This document shows positions 10,074 through 20,791 of a DNA stretch of 64,000 nt, in pieces. This stretch comes from Acidobacteriota bacterium (GTDB taxonomy: Bacteria; Acidobacteriota; UBA6911; RPQK01; JAJDTT01): contig OZ253580.1 of NCBI GenBank assembly GCA_965263035.1, forward strand, positions 5,376,001 through 5,440,000. Reading direction: 5' to 3'. Position 1 is the first letter of the stretch; each line of letters starts with the position of its first letter. A program made the position numbers and the translations under genes. The notes under the pieces were generated by a model that ran no database searches, had not been told where the DNA came from, and was given only the letters and a program-made list of their open reading frames with translations.

Positions 10074-12407
10074 ATGACCCCGGAAATAGGCTTCCTCTTT
10101 GTTCTTCTGGCGGTCATGGCCTACCTGTTCCTGACCGAAAAGCTTCCTGTCGATCTGACGGCCTTCCTGGGCCTCGTGGTCCTCACGCTGGCGGGATACG
10201 TCACGCCGGCGGAGGCTTTCACCGGATTCTCCTCGCCGGCGGTCATCACCATGATGTCCGTCTTCATCGTCAGTGCTGCCCTTTTGCACACCGGTGTGGC
10301 CGATCGTGCCGGGGGGGTCATCTATACGCTCGTGGGGAGCCGGGAGATCCCTCTCATAGTGATCCTGATGGCGATCGCGGGTTTGCTTTCCGCCTTCATG
10401 AACAACATAGCGGCGACGGCCGTTCTCATGCCTGCCGTCGGCAGTATCGCCTACCGGAGCGGGATTCCTGCGTCCAGGCTTTTCATGCCCCTGGCCTTCG
10501 GAGCCATACTGGGAGGGACCACGACGCTGGTCGGGACGCCTCCCAATATCCTGGCGGGGACCATCATGCGGGAACGCGGCCTGGAGCCCTTCGGGCTCTT
10601 CGATTTCACCCCCGTCGGCTTGGTCCTCCTGGCGGCCGGGATCCTGTTCATGGTGACCCTGGGCCGAAAGTTGCTTCCGCGGCGCGAGGTGGGACCCGTC
10701 ACCAGCGAGTCGTCTCATTTGAGCCAGGTCTATCAGTTGCACGAACGGTTGTTCTCAATCCGGATTCCACCCCAATCCCGGCTGGATGGAATCTCCCTGG
10801 GAGAGTCACGGCTCGGGACCGCCCTGGGGATCCAGGTCGTCGCCATTTTGCGGCGCGGCAGAAAACGGCTCGCACTGGAACCTGGCACGCTCCTTAGAGG
10901 TGGGGACGTGCTGCTGGTGGAGGGAGACCGGTCGGATCTGCGAGATCTGATGAGAGTTCGGGACTTGACGATTCAGGAGACCACGGCAGGCCAGCTGCCG
11001 CGGCCGGTCAAGGGGGTGACGGGGGTTCGGCTCCGATTGTCGAACGATTCCGAGCTGCTGGGACGGAGTCTGCGGGAAGTTCGTTTCCGGAAACGCTTCG
11101 GTGCCGTGGTGGTGGCCATCCATCGGGGTGACGAGTATCTGAGAGATGACTTGGCGAAGAGGACGCTCCGCAAAGGCGACGAGTTGTTGGCGTTGGGGGC
11201 TCGAGCCCAGCTGGAACGACTGCGGTCCCAAAGTGACCTGCGGGTCAAGGAAGTGGGATTGTCCGTGCTGAAAAACGTATGGGAGCACCTCTTTGTGATC
11301 CGGGTTCCAAAGGGGTCCGCCTTGGTGGGCTCAACGGTCGGCAATAGCCGGATCGGCGAGTTGGCGGGTGTCACCGTGGGCGCCATCATCCGGGGAGGCA
11401 TGACCCATCTGGGGGTGTTCGCAGATGCCGAGATCCGGGAAGGCGACGGGTTGTTGGTTTCGGGGAATGCGGAGGAGTTCGTGCGCCGTCTAGGGACGGG
11501 GGACGTGGAGCTCGATCCGGGAATCGGGGGAATCTCCCTTGAAACGGACGACGTCGGCGTTGCCGAAGCCGCACTCGCGCCGCGCTCGTCTCTGGTGGGC
11601 CGTACCCTCAAGGAAGTGAAATTCCGGGATCGATTCGGCCTTCAGATCCTGGCCGTCTGGCGGGAAGGCCGGCCCGTCCATTCGGGATTGGCGAATCTTT
11701 CCTTCCGTTTTGGAGACGCCCTGCTGCTACAAGGACCCTGGGACCGGATTCGCAATCTGGGAATGGACCCCGACCTGGTCCTTTTCTCCAGGGTAGAACG
11801 CCGGCTTCGGCGAACCCACAAGGCGCCGTTCGCCCTGGGCGGACTGCTGGTGATGGTCGCCATGGTGGTCAGCGGTTTCCAGCCCATCCACGTGGCAGCT
11901 TTCACGGCGGCGAGCCTGGTTCTCCTGTTCCGCACTCTGACCATGGAGGAGGCCTACCGTGCTATCGAGTGGAGAGCCATCTTTCTGGTGGCGTCGGTGC
12001 TGGCCTTCGGGTCGGCCATGGAACAAACGGGAGCGGCGCTGTTGCTGGCCGATACGGTGACCGGATTGGCGGGTCCCTGGGGCGAATATGGGGTTCTGGC
12101 TGCGTTGGTGTTGCTGACGAGTCTGATGAGCCAGTGTCTCGACGGAGCCCCCGCGGTCGTGCTCCTGGCGCCCGTGGCGTTGCAGGCGGGCGGCCAGTTG
12201 GGACTTGACCCGCATACGGTCATGATGAGCGTCAGTTTGGCCGCATCGGCTGCCTTCATGACGCCGTTCAGCCACAAGGCCAACCTCCTGGTGATGGGGG
12301 CAGGCGGGTATCGAAGCATCGACTACATCCGGGTTGGGACCCCTCTCACTCTGGTGGTTTTGATTCTCCTGGTCCTGCTGGTACCCCTCGTTACTCCCGG
12401 AGGATAG
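10074..12407 (+). CDS. SLC13/DASS-family permease with multiple TrkA-C (RCK_C) domains
   Basis: SAFMNN, LGGTTTLVGTPPN and AFMTPFSHKANLLV motifs; repeated soluble RCK-like units in the middle. Confidence 0.9.
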   Translation: MTPEIGFLFVLLAVMAYLFLTEKLPVDLTAFLGLVVLTLAGYVTPAEAFTGFSSPAVITMMSVFIVSAALLHTGVADRAGGVIYTLVGSREIPLIVILMAIAGLLSAFMNNIAATAVLMPAVGSIAYRSGIPASRLFMPLAFGAILGGTTTLVGTPPNILAGTIMRERGLEPFGLFDFTPVGLVLLAAGILFMVTLGRKLLPRREVGPVTSESSHLSQVYQLHERLFSIRIPPQSRLDGISLGESRLGTALGIQVVAILRRGRKRLALEPGTLLRGGDVLLVEGDRSDLRDLMRVRDLTIQETTAGQLPRPVKGVTGVRLRLSNDSELLGRSLREVRFRKRFGAVVVAIHRGDEYLRDDLAKRTLRKGDELLALGARAQLERLRSQSDLRVKEVGLSVLKNVWEHLFVIRVPKGSALVGSTVGNSRIGELAGVTVGAIIRGGMTHLGVFADAEIREGDGLLVSGNAEEFVRRLGTGDVELDPGIGGISLETDDVGVAEAALAPRSSLVGRTLKEVKFRDRFGLQILAVWREGRPVHSGLANLSFRFGDALLLQGPWDRIRNLGMDPDLVLFSRVERRLRRTHKAPFALGGLLVMVAMVVSGFQPIHVAAFTAASLVLLFRTLTMEEAYRAIEWRAIFLVASVLAFGSAMEQTGAALLLADTVTGLAGPWGEYGVLAALVLLTSLMSQCLDGAPAVVLLAPVALQAGGQLGLDPHTVMMSVSLAASAAFMTPFSHKANLLVMGAGGYRSIDYIRVGTPLTLVVLILLVLLVPLVTPGG

Positions 12408-12441
12408 GGGACTGATTTCCGATACGGATCGGCGAACAAGA

Positions 12442-12954
12442 TTGGCATGGCTGCTCCTGGCTCTGCTCGCGGCACTGTGCCTGGTGCTGGTTCTGCTTAT
12501 CCTGCGTGGCGGCGGACGCGTCTGGGGGCCCGTTGACCATCCTCAGTTTCCGACGGTGCAGCGGAGTGGGTGGAGTTGGGACGACGCTGACCCCCTGCTG
12601 GCCTGGGTCTGGATCGTGGGGGTGCTGCAGATTGCCCTGTACCTCTGTCTCCTGAGCCTGGGGCTGGCCGGGCGGGCGGGCTTGGGCCGTCTGCGAAGTC
12701 CCGTCTTGTTGGGAGGCCTCCTCCACGCCGGAATCTTCTCCTGGTTGATTCTGGCTCACCTCTTTCCGGTCGCGCCTGCTCTCTGGTCCTTGCCACCGCC
12801 CACGGTGGTGATGCTGTTTTTTTTCTGGATTCTGCCGCCCATCTACTTCGTGATCCTGTACGTCGTCGGTTTCGACCGGTGGATACTGACGGATGAGAAC
12901 CACCGGAGCTTTCTTGAGTCGGTTCAATCCCGGCGAGGGAAGGGATCGGGGTGA
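12442..12954 (+). CDS. Hypothetical membrane protein coupled to the SSS transporter
   Basis: About four hydrophobic segments; stop overlaps the start of the symporter gene. Confidence 0.6.
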   Translation: MAWLLLALLAALCLVLVLLILRGGGRVWGPVDHPQFPTVQRSGWSWDDADPLLAWVWIVGVLQIALYLCLLSLGLAGRAGLGRLRSPVLLGGLLHAGIFSWLILAHLFPVAPALWSLPPPTVVMLFFFWILPPIYFVILYVVGFDRWILTDENHRSFLESVQSRRGKGSG

Positions 12955-14435
12955 TGGATCCATCCCGAAGCACGGTGATCCTGGTCTTCGTGGGCTTGTA
13001 CATGGGGATGTGCGTCGCCGTCGGGCTTTGGGCCCTGAGCCGGACACGTTCCACCCGGGATTTCTTCATGGCCGGCCGCGATCTCGGCGTCTGGGTCACC
13101 GGCCTGGCCGTCTTCTCCAGCACCATGAGCGGGTTCGGGTTCGTGGGCGGGCCCGGGCTGGTCTATCGAATGGGGATGACGTCCGTCTGGATGGTGATGT
13201 GCATTCCCCTCGGATACGTCCTTTGTTTCGCATTGCTGGCCAAGCGGATCCGGCTTCTCGCGGAGCTCAGGGAACCGATCTCGCTTCCCGACGCCGTGGC
13301 GGCCCGGTACGGGAGCGAGGGGTGCCGTTTCCTCGCCGCCCTCGCCATTCTTCTGGGGGTGATGGGGTATCTGGCGACTCAGATCCTGGCGATGGCCACG
13401 GTGCTCAGGGACTTGGTGGCCGGCGCCGGGTTGGGAGACTTCAGCATGGAGGCGTGCGTGGCCTTTTCCTGCGCTGTCCTGGTCTTCTACTGCGTGACGG
13501 GCGGCATCATCGCCTCGGTCTACACGGATCTGGTGCAGGGACTGGTGATGGTGGCCGCCGCCGTCCTGGTCTTCCTGGCCACGGCCAACGTGGCGCCCGG
13601 GGGTTGGAGCGGGATCGTCTCGACCATCGCGGCCGACGACGCCGGATCCATGAGCCCGTGGGGCACGATGGGGGCATTTCAGGCCCTCTCCTGGTACCTG
13701 CTCTTCATGCTGGGGGTTGCCGGCCAGCCTCACGTCGTCACCAAGATGATGATGACCCGGCGGATCCGGGACGCCAAGTACATCCTGCCGGTCGCGGCCC
13801 TGGGATACGCCGTCTCGGCGCTGCTCTGGATCAGCATCGGGCTGGCGATGCGGGCACTCGTGATTCGGGGGATGCATCCGGAACTCGCGGGAGCCGATTC
13901 GGCTGCTCCTCAATTCCTCGCTCACTACGTTCCCCCGGTTCTGGCCGGGCTCGTTTTCGCCGCGCTCTTCGCGGCCATCATGTCGACGGCCGACGGCTTT
14001 CTGAACATCGGCGCGGCGGCCGTCGTCCATGACATCCCCCGGGCTCTCCGGGGCCGGTCGTTGAGAGGGGAACTCTTCTGGGCCCGGACAGCTACCGTGA
14101 TCATTGCCGCCGTGGCTTCCGTTTTCGCCCTCTACAGCGGTGATCTCGTGGCCATTCTGGGAGCATTCGGTTGGGGGACGTTCGCGGCGGCACTGTTTCC
14201 GGTTGTGGCTCTGGGATTGAACTGGAAGCGGGCCACGGCGCTGGCGGCCAAGACGGCCATTCTGGTCAGTCTGTCCATCAATTTCGCGTTTCGCCTGCTG
14301 GACGTCGAAATCCCCTGGGGCATCGATGCGGGTGCGATCTCCCTGCTGGTCTCCGTCACCCTCTTCGTCGGGATCTCTCTTGCCTCGCGGCCTCCGGTAC
14401 TGGACCCGGACATCGAGCTGCTACTGGACACGTAG
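12951..14435 (+). CDS. Sodium:solute symporter (PutP/PanF-like)
   Basis: DFFMAGR, SGFGFVGGPG, YTDLVQG, GQPHV and AAIMSTAD motifs. Confidence 0.92.
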   Translation: MMDPSRSTVILVFVGLYMGMCVAVGLWALSRTRSTRDFFMAGRDLGVWVTGLAVFSSTMSGFGFVGGPGLVYRMGMTSVWMVMCIPLGYVLCFALLAKRIRLLAELREPISLPDAVAARYGSEGCRFLAALAILLGVMGYLATQILAMATVLRDLVAGAGLGDFSMEACVAFSCAVLVFYCVTGGIIASVYTDLVQGLVMVAAAVLVFLATANVAPGGWSGIVSTIAADDAGSMSPWGTMGAFQALSWYLLFMLGVAGQPHVVTKMMMTRRIRDAKYILPVAALGYAVSALLWISIGLAMRALVIRGMHPELAGADSAAPQFLAHYVPPVLAGLVFAALFAAIMSTADGFLNIGAAAVVHDIPRALRGRSLRGELFWARTATVIIAAVASVFALYSGDLVAILGAFGWGTFAAALFPVVALGLNWKRATALAAKTAILVSLSINFAFRLLDVEIPWGIDAGAISLLVSVTLFVGISLASRPPVLDPDIELLLDT

Positions 14436-14542
14436 GAGGAGGAGAAATGAGGAGTGGGAGAAGAGGATGCATCGACAGGAATAGAAGGGGCTCGGGGCTC
14501 CGCCTTGACCGGTCGCGGGAGGGCGGCTAGGCTCCCGGTATC

Positions 14543-16690
14543 ATGAACAAAACGCTCGGAAAAGCATCACTCGCTATCATTTTATGCCTCTTGACGGTTT
14601 CTCTGGACGGGCACGAGGGTCCCCCCACCACTCTGGTTCCGTTCACAGCCCCTGACTTTATCGGAGATCCCGTCATAGGCCGCCAGCTCTCCGATCTGGC
14701 CGAGTTCTCCATCCATCTGCTGCAATGGACCGAAACCGACCGGAGCGTGGCGAAGCTGCAGCGAACCCTCAAGGGCAAGGTCGGAGGATTCTACCGGCGC
14801 TGGAATGGCACCGCCACCGAGGCTCCGGAGTTGGAGGAGATTGTCCGGTTCACGACCGAGAGTTACGAATCCCTCACCTGTCCCCAGCTCACCAAGATTG
14901 AAGTCGGCTCCGCCGTGACCCTGTTGGAGGCTCCCGCGAAACTGGATCTATTGGGGTTCGCGGGAACGGAAGTTCCTGTGATCATTCGAAACTCCAGCCC
15001 CAAAGAGGTGGCCGTGACCATCGGTTCCGGATCCCAGGATGTGGAAGTGGAGCCGCGGATCGTCCGGCTCAGCGGAGGAGAGACCCAGGGCGCCTGGCTG
15101 ATCGTCTCCCCGATCCGGCCGGAGGCCTCGGCGCTTGTGCTCACGGTGGATGCGGGCGCCGTCAAGGGACGGGTATCGGTCCCGGCGCGGGTCAGAAATA
15201 TGAGTCTGCTGCGGGTCAAGGTGGTGGATGAATCTGGTCTCGCGACGCCCGCCCGAGTTTATCTCACCGGTGCCGACGGGAGGCGTCACACACCGGACGA
15301 CATCATTCCCCGCATCACCAGCGCCGACTACGGTCAGCCCTATGGCGGCGAATACTACTTCTACACCGACGGTGGTTTCTCCTTGAAGCTGCCCGCGGGC
15401 GAGACCCATCTGGAGGTGATCAAGGGATTGGAATACGCGCCGCTCAGAAAGACCTTTCAGATGCCGGCGTCCGGTCAGAAGGAGATCGTGGCCCGTTTGG
15501 ATCGGCCCTACAACATGGCGTCCAAGGGCTGGTTCTCGGGGGACATCCATATCCACCCCAACCTCTTTTCCGACACCCGGATTGGGCCTCAGGACGTGCT
15601 GCGGATCACCAAGGCCGAAGATCTCAACGTACCCCACCTGCTGGCCTGCAACGACACCGACGGATTCATCACGGACCTGGTTTATTTCGAAGGGAAACCC
15701 AACCGTCTCTCGGAGAAGAATTACATCCTCTACTGGAACCAGGAGATGAGGAACCTGAGGGTCTACGGTCACATGGCTTTCCTGAAGCTCAAGGAGTTCG
15801 TGCATCCCTCCTACGTCGGATGGCCCCGGACCGATCATCCTTACGACTATCCACCCAATCACGATCTGGCGGCCGCCGCCAAGCAGCAGGGAGCGGCCGT
15901 CGTCTACGTCCATCCGGGGTTGCCCCAGGAATACCCGGTGGACATCGCCCTGGGAGTGGCCGACACCATCGATGTCATGTGCCAAGGGAACGAGGAGAAG
16001 AACACGGCGGACTGGTACCGGCTTCTCAATTCCGGATTCAGGTGTGGGATCTCGGCGGGGACGGACTGTTTTCTGAATGTCCCCTATCACTTGCTGGCGG
16101 GAGCGGGCCGGGTCTACGTCAAGACCGGGACCCGGCTGACCTATGACAAGTGGATCCAGGCCTATCTGGAGGGCAGGAGCTTCGCATCCAACGCTCCCCT
16201 CCTCGATTTCAGCGTCGACGGCAAGGGGGCAGGGGAGGAGATCCGCTGGAGTTCCGGGTCCCGGACGGTGCGGGTCGAGGCCCAAGCGGTATCCCACGTC
16301 GCCATGCAGAGCATGGAGGTGGTGGTCAACGGAAAGCCGGTCTTTACGGTGGAGGCCACCGATGAGGGCACGCGGGCGAGCCTGTCACGGGAGGTCCAAC
16401 TGGACGAAAGCGCCTGGATCGCCATTCGGGTCCGGGGTGAAGCCCATCGCCTGGTGCCCAACGACACCGAACTCTACGCCCACACCAGCCCGGTCTACTG
16501 CTATCGGGACGGGTCCCGCATCCATTTTCGGGAGGATGCGCTCTATTTCGTGGAGCAGATCGACCGTCTGGTGGAGCGAGTCGACCGCAACGGGGTCTTC
16601 AAGGATGCGGTCCAGAAACAGAAGGTCGTGGACCTGTTTCGCAAGGGTCAGGACGTCTACCGAAAAATCGCCCGCGAGGCGACGCGGTAA
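14543..16690 (+). CDS. Exported CehA/McbA-family (PHP-like) metallohydrolase
   Basis: GWFSGDIHIH, WYRLLNSG, AGTD, GRVYV and AHTSPVY motifs. Confidence 0.8.
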   Translation: MNKTLGKASLAIILCLLTVSLDGHEGPPTTLVPFTAPDFIGDPVIGRQLSDLAEFSIHLLQWTETDRSVAKLQRTLKGKVGGFYRRWNGTATEAPELEEIVRFTTESYESLTCPQLTKIEVGSAVTLLEAPAKLDLLGFAGTEVPVIIRNSSPKEVAVTIGSGSQDVEVEPRIVRLSGGETQGAWLIVSPIRPEASALVLTVDAGAVKGRVSVPARVRNMSLLRVKVVDESGLATPARVYLTGADGRRHTPDDIIPRITSADYGQPYGGEYYFYTDGGFSLKLPAGETHLEVIKGLEYAPLRKTFQMPASGQKEIVARLDRPYNMASKGWFSGDIHIHPNLFSDTRIGPQDVLRITKAEDLNVPHLLACNDTDGFITDLVYFEGKPNRLSEKNYILYWNQEMRNLRVYGHMAFLKLKEFVHPSYVGWPRTDHPYDYPPNHDLAAAAKQQGAAVVYVHPGLPQEYPVDIALGVADTIDVMCQGNEEKNTADWYRLLNSGFRCGISAGTDCFLNVPYHLLAGAGRVYVKTGTRLTYDKWIQAYLEGRSFASNAPLLDFSVDGKGAGEEIRWSSGSRTVRVEAQAVSHVAMQSMEVVVNGKPVFTVEATDEGTRASLSREVQLDESAWIAIRVRGEAHRLVPNDTELYAHTSPVYCYRDGSRIHFREDALYFVEQIDRLVERVDRNGVFKDAVQKQKVVDLFRKGQDVYRKIAREATR

Positions 16691-16868
16691 ACAGCCCGTG
16701 GCAAAAGTCGCCACGGCATTCGACCGTCCCTGCATCCCGGCGGACTGCGTTGCGACTCGGTCACATACTCCCGGTATGCTCCCTCCGTTGCGCCTGGTCC
16801 GGCGGGCGCAGGAACGGTCTCGGTGCTCGCGGGACTTTCACCACGGACTGTAAAGGGTTATGGAAGGC

Positions 16869-17264
16869 TCAACCCTTCTTGTCGAGGCTCCAGATTCCGG
16901 CGCCCTTGGCCGCGATGTACAGAAAGACAAAGGCGTAGATGGCGGCCAACTCGCCCTTGTTCTGGATCGGCCACAATCCGTGAGGCTGATGGGCCACGAA
17001 GTAGGCCACGGCCATCTGACCGCTGGAGATGAAGGCGGCCCAACTGGTCAGCAGTCCTACGGCGATCAGAAGGCCCCCCACCAACTCGACGATTCCGGCC
17101 AGGCCCATCAGGCTGATCAGAGGCGCCGCCGCACCGGATTCCCCCCCGACGCCGCCGAACAGGCCGAGGACCTTCTGAGCCCCGTGGAAGGCGAAAAGAA
17201 AGCCGGAGACGATCCGGACCAGAGCATACGTCTCATTCGAGTACTTCGACAGGATACCTTTCAT
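16869..17264 (-). CDS. DoxX family membrane protein
   Basis: RIVSGFLFAFHGAQK, ELVGG, MAVAYF and NKGELA motifs. Confidence 0.9.
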   Translation of the reverse strand: MKGILSKYSNETYALVRIVSGFLFAFHGAQKVLGLFGGVGGESGAAAPLISLMGLAGIVELVGGLLIAVGLLTSWAAFISSGQMAVAYFVAHQPHGLWPIQNKGELAAIYAFVFLYIAAKGAGIWSLDKKG

Positions 17265-17563
17265 AACTCCCCCGTTAATTAGGACAAATTAGTGTAACCA
17301 GATGACGGCTTCGGCACCCGGCGCCGATCAAGGTCGAATCATACCAAATCGGGGAAATGAGGTAATAGCAGTCAGAAGAGAGCGCGGGACAGAAACGGAC
17401 CTCGGGCGGGGGACCGCAATGACCGGGGGGTGGGCGACACCGGGTTCCTCAAGCCTGAATGCCGTGGCGACTTTTTCCGTGGACTGTTATAGTGCGCGCC
17501 CTATCGGGGGGCCGGATGGAAGCCGCTCGTTGAGGCCCTCTGGTTGACGGGGCCGGAAAGGAC

Positions 17564-18346
17564 GTGATGTTGGAGAATCGGGTCAAGAGACTGCTGGCAG
17601 AGGGCAAGGCGGCTTGGGGGTCGGCCCTCTCGGACGCTTCCGAGTTGATGGCGAAGGCAACCCTCAATCAAGGCATCGACTTCCTCTGGATCGACACGGA
17701 ACATCGACCCTTCGGGATCAACGAGGTCCAGTTGGTGCCCATGATCTGCCGGCTCGAGGGCCGGGACGCCCTGTTGCGGGTCCCCAATCTGGATCCGGGC
17801 CTCATCAAGAAGGGCTTGGACATGGGCTGCAGCTGCATCATGGTGCCGCAGGTGGACAATGCGGAGCAGGCCCGGCTGGCCGTGCAGTATTGCAAGTATC
17901 CCCCCGAGGGGAATCGGGGAGTGGGTCCGGTCTGGCCGATGCTGTTGGATGTGGATATCAACGACTATCTGGAGTCGGCCAACCGGGAGACCTGCGTCGT
18001 CGTTCAGGTGGAGACGGCGGAGGGCTTGGCCAACCTGGAGCGGATCGCCGAGGTCGAGGGGGTGGACGTGGTTTTCGCCGGCCCCGCCGACATTTCGGCA
18101 TCGTTGGGTCATCTGGGCAACATCGGTCATCCCGAAGTTCAGAAATGCCTGGAGAGCTTTCCTGCCCGCGCAGCCGCCTGCGGCAAGCCCAGCGGCATCA
18201 CGTTCAGCGACTTCGACGCCTGTTGGAGAGCGTACGAACAGGGTTACCGCTTCATCAACGCCGGCAACCTCATGCACTTCGGCCAGGTCGCCATGAGAAA
18301 GTGCCTGAACAGACTGCGGGAACTGGAACGCTCCGCCTCCAGCTGA
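17564..18346 (+). CDS. HpcH/HpaI aldolase family protein
   Basis: WIDTEH, LDMG, YPPEGNRG, QVET and FAGPAD motifs. Confidence 0.9.
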   Translation: MMLENRVKRLLAEGKAAWGSALSDASELMAKATLNQGIDFLWIDTEHRPFGINEVQLVPMICRLEGRDALLRVPNLDPGLIKKGLDMGCSCIMVPQVDNAEQARLAVQYCKYPPEGNRGVGPVWPMLLDVDINDYLESANRETCVVVQVETAEGLANLERIAEVEGVDVVFAGPADISASLGHLGNIGHPEVQKCLESFPARAAACGKPSGITFSDFDACWRAYEQGYRFINAGNLMHFGQVAMRKCLNRLRELERSASS

Positions 18347-18367
18347 ACCCCACGGTTCCGGAATCCT

Positions 18368-19450
18368 CTACCAAGTCCGGGTGGTTGGCGCAGGGCTGGT
18401 TTCGGTCCCAGTCTGCGGATGAGAATCGGCAAATGCGGGCGCCTCGGACACTTCGACAGTTCGTCCGGACTGGGTCGCTGAATCGAAGAACCCCTGTTGC
18501 AACCCGCGGTCCAAGACGGGCAGTCCGATCGCCAGCACGACGCTGACCGCCAGCCCGATGGCCGCCTTCCCCACGTCCTTGCCGGCGAGAAGGATCGATT
18601 CGGAAATCGTGCGGTGTTTGAGCCGGAAGGCCAATGCCAGCTCGCGGCCCGCCAACAATCCCAGAAAGACCCACGTCGTGCTCATGGGGATATTGGACAT
18701 CTCCTTGAAATACAGGAGGATGGACGCATAGATGAAATCGATGAGGGTGGCCACGCGGATATCGGTGGTATTGGTCTTGGAGGTGACGATCCCCTGAATC
18801 CGGCCCCCCCGATTCTTGAAGATTATGGCGTGCAGCACCACCATCACGATTGCGGCAAAAACAAGGATCTCGATATCTGCCGTGCGCGGCAGATAGACGA
18901 AGATATTGGCCAGGTCCTGGATCAGCCACTGGCTCCACAAAAAAGCGGTCGCGGCCCACTGCAAGGCGACGAAGTAGGGTCTGGGTGGACGGTCTTTCGT
19001 CGCCATGAAACGGGACTCGAGGAGGTTGGCGACGATCAGGTAGATGACGAAACCGACTCCGATGGCAACCCCGTAACCGAGCAGAGATTTCGTCAGAATC
19101 TTCAGCAGGTTCGTAGGAGCGAACACCGTGAGCACGAGAAACGTGGTGCTGACCGGCACTCCGAATCGGGTGAGCAACAGGATGAATACGGGAGGAATGG
19201 CATGTAGCCACGTGATGCCGCCCACAGGCACGGGGAACTGCTCGAGGCGCCCGTAGGCGATGTCGCCGTCGTTCGCCAACCATCCGTACACCAGAACCGC
19301 CAGGAGAATCAGGCAGGCGTAGATCCACAACACCCACCAGGGACGGCGAGAGTTGGAACTGAGAAACGTCCCCAGGGTCTGGATGGCGTCGTTGGCCACG
19401 ATGGAATAGGCCGCCAGGACAAACCCGACGAGCATGAACAGTTCCGTCAA
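18368..19450 (-). CDS. Membrane protein, distant PiT/PHO4-like transporter
   Basis: ANDAIQTLGT, GVPVSTT and IPMSTT motifs; TTG start at 19450 preceded by AGGAG. Confidence 0.65.
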   Translation of the reverse strand: MTELFMLVGFVLAAYSIVANDAIQTLGTFLSSNSRRPWWVLWIYACLILLAVLVYGWLANDGDIAYGRLEQFPVPVGGITWLHAIPPVFILLLTRFGVPVSTTFLVLTVFAPTNLLKILTKSLLGYGVAIGVGFVIYLIVANLLESRFMATKDRPPRPYFVALQWAATAFLWSQWLIQDLANIFVYLPRTADIEILVFAAIVMVVLHAIIFKNRGGRIQGIVTSKTNTTDIRVATLIDFIYASILLYFKEMSNIPMSTTWVFLGLLAGRELALAFRLKHRTISESILLAGKDVGKAAIGLAVSVVLAIGLPVLDRGLQQGFFDSATQSGRTVEVSEAPAFADSHPQTGTETSPAPTTRTW

Positions 19451-19677
19451 AAGAAACGCTCCTTTCCCCGCCTTCCGGTTTCTCCATCGAGGGCCATTCT
19501 TTCGTTCATCATCGGGTCCACAGCACCGATAGTAGCGGAGACTCACCCAAGAATTCACCGGGGGGCGCACCCGTGGACCTGGCAAAACGATCCCCAACGA
19601 ATGGATGCCGGTGATTCGCCGGTTGAGTATGCGCGTTTCGGTGTGTCAGTCTGAGATTTTCCTGGAGGAGACCGGAA

Positions 19678-20790
19678 GTGCCTGAAACAGTCGTACTCTG
19701 GGGGCCGCCGGACCTGGACGGATCCCCCGAAGGGACCGAGGACAGCCGTCTGTTGTCGGGATGGATGAAGAAATGCGCCAATGCCGGCGTCACCAAGATC
19801 ATCGACGGCAGCGCCAGGGTCCTGCCGGCAGGCGAGCGGACGTTGGCGCGTCCCCGGGCCGCGCACCAGGCCGGAATGGAGTTCGATACCTATGTCGACT
19901 ACAACGGCTTTCCCCGGCACGGTAGCGCGCGGATGACGTACGGGTGGTCCCTCGACTTTCTGCGGCCGCCCGTGACTTCGGTTCAGGCTCGAGAGCTTCT
20001 CGACCGGCACCGGCCCGTCTATCACGGCCCCTATGTCACCACCGAGATGTCCGATTTCGCAGTCCGGCATCCGGAATTCCGGAGTCTGACCCGCAGCCGG
20101 TCCTATGTGCTCGAGCCCGGGCAGGATCTCTACCTGAGCGCCGCTTTTCCCGAGGTGCGGGATCACCAGGCGCATCTGTTCGTCGAGGCTCTGGAGGTGA
20201 CCCGCGCCGACGGGCTTCAGGTCGAGTTCGTGTTGGGGAACGAAGATGAGAACGGTGTCGTCCCCTACGGCTACGAGGACCGGACCGTATCCGAGTTTCG
20301 CGCCAAGTTCGGCAAGGATCCGTTCGACTTGCCCAACAACGGCCCGGAATGGATGCAGTTCCGCGCCGGCTACGTCACATTGTTCCTCTCGGAAGTCCGG
20401 GCGAGGATCAAAGGGTCCTCACCCCAGGCGGTTCTTTCGACCACCATCATCGCCGGCGAGCCGGAGGACTACATCAAGGTGTTGCAGGACTGGCCGGCGT
20501 GGATCGAGAGGGGTCTTCTGGATGAATTCTACCTCTGGTTCAGGACCGACTCGGATCTGAAGGCGGTGGAGCGGCAGGTCAAGCACGCCGTGGAGGTGGC
20601 AGCCGGCCGCGTTCCCGTGATCGTCGAGCTCTCGTGCTATCACCCGGGGAGCTTTCAGGATCCGGACACCATGTTGACTGCCGGCAAGATCGCCGTCGGC
20701 AACGGAGCTTCGGGGATCGGCATCTACCGGAGCCATGCCGTCCAGCAACTGAACTTCTGGCCGGTCCTGGAAGCCTTGAGCAAGATCTGA
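19678..20790 (+). CDS. Putative glycoside-hydrolase-like TIM-barrel protein (GHL10/DUF187-like)
   Basis: HPEF, LSAAFPEVR, DGLQVEF, WMQFRA and QDWPAW pattern. Confidence 0.6.
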   Translation: MPETVVLWGPPDLDGSPEGTEDSRLLSGWMKKCANAGVTKIIDGSARVLPAGERTLARPRAAHQAGMEFDTYVDYNGFPRHGSARMTYGWSLDFLRPPVTSVQARELLDRHRPVYHGPYVTTEMSDFAVRHPEFRSLTRSRSYVLEPGQDLYLSAAFPEVRDHQAHLFVEALEVTRADGLQVEFVLGNEDENGVVPYGYEDRTVSEFRAKFGKDPFDLPNNGPEWMQFRAGYVTLFLSEVRARIKGSSPQAVLSTTIIAGEPEDYIKVLQDWPAWIERGLLDEFYLWFRTDSDLKAVERQVKHAVEVAAGRVPVIVELSCYHPGSFQDPDTMLTAGKIAVGNGASGIGIYRSHAVQQLNFWPVLEALSKI

Positions 20791-20791
20791 A

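Noticed and set aside
19541-19628. Imperfect inverted repeat in a divergent intergenic region as a possible riboswitch
   Set aside because: Pairing is weak and I recognise no riboswitch consensus
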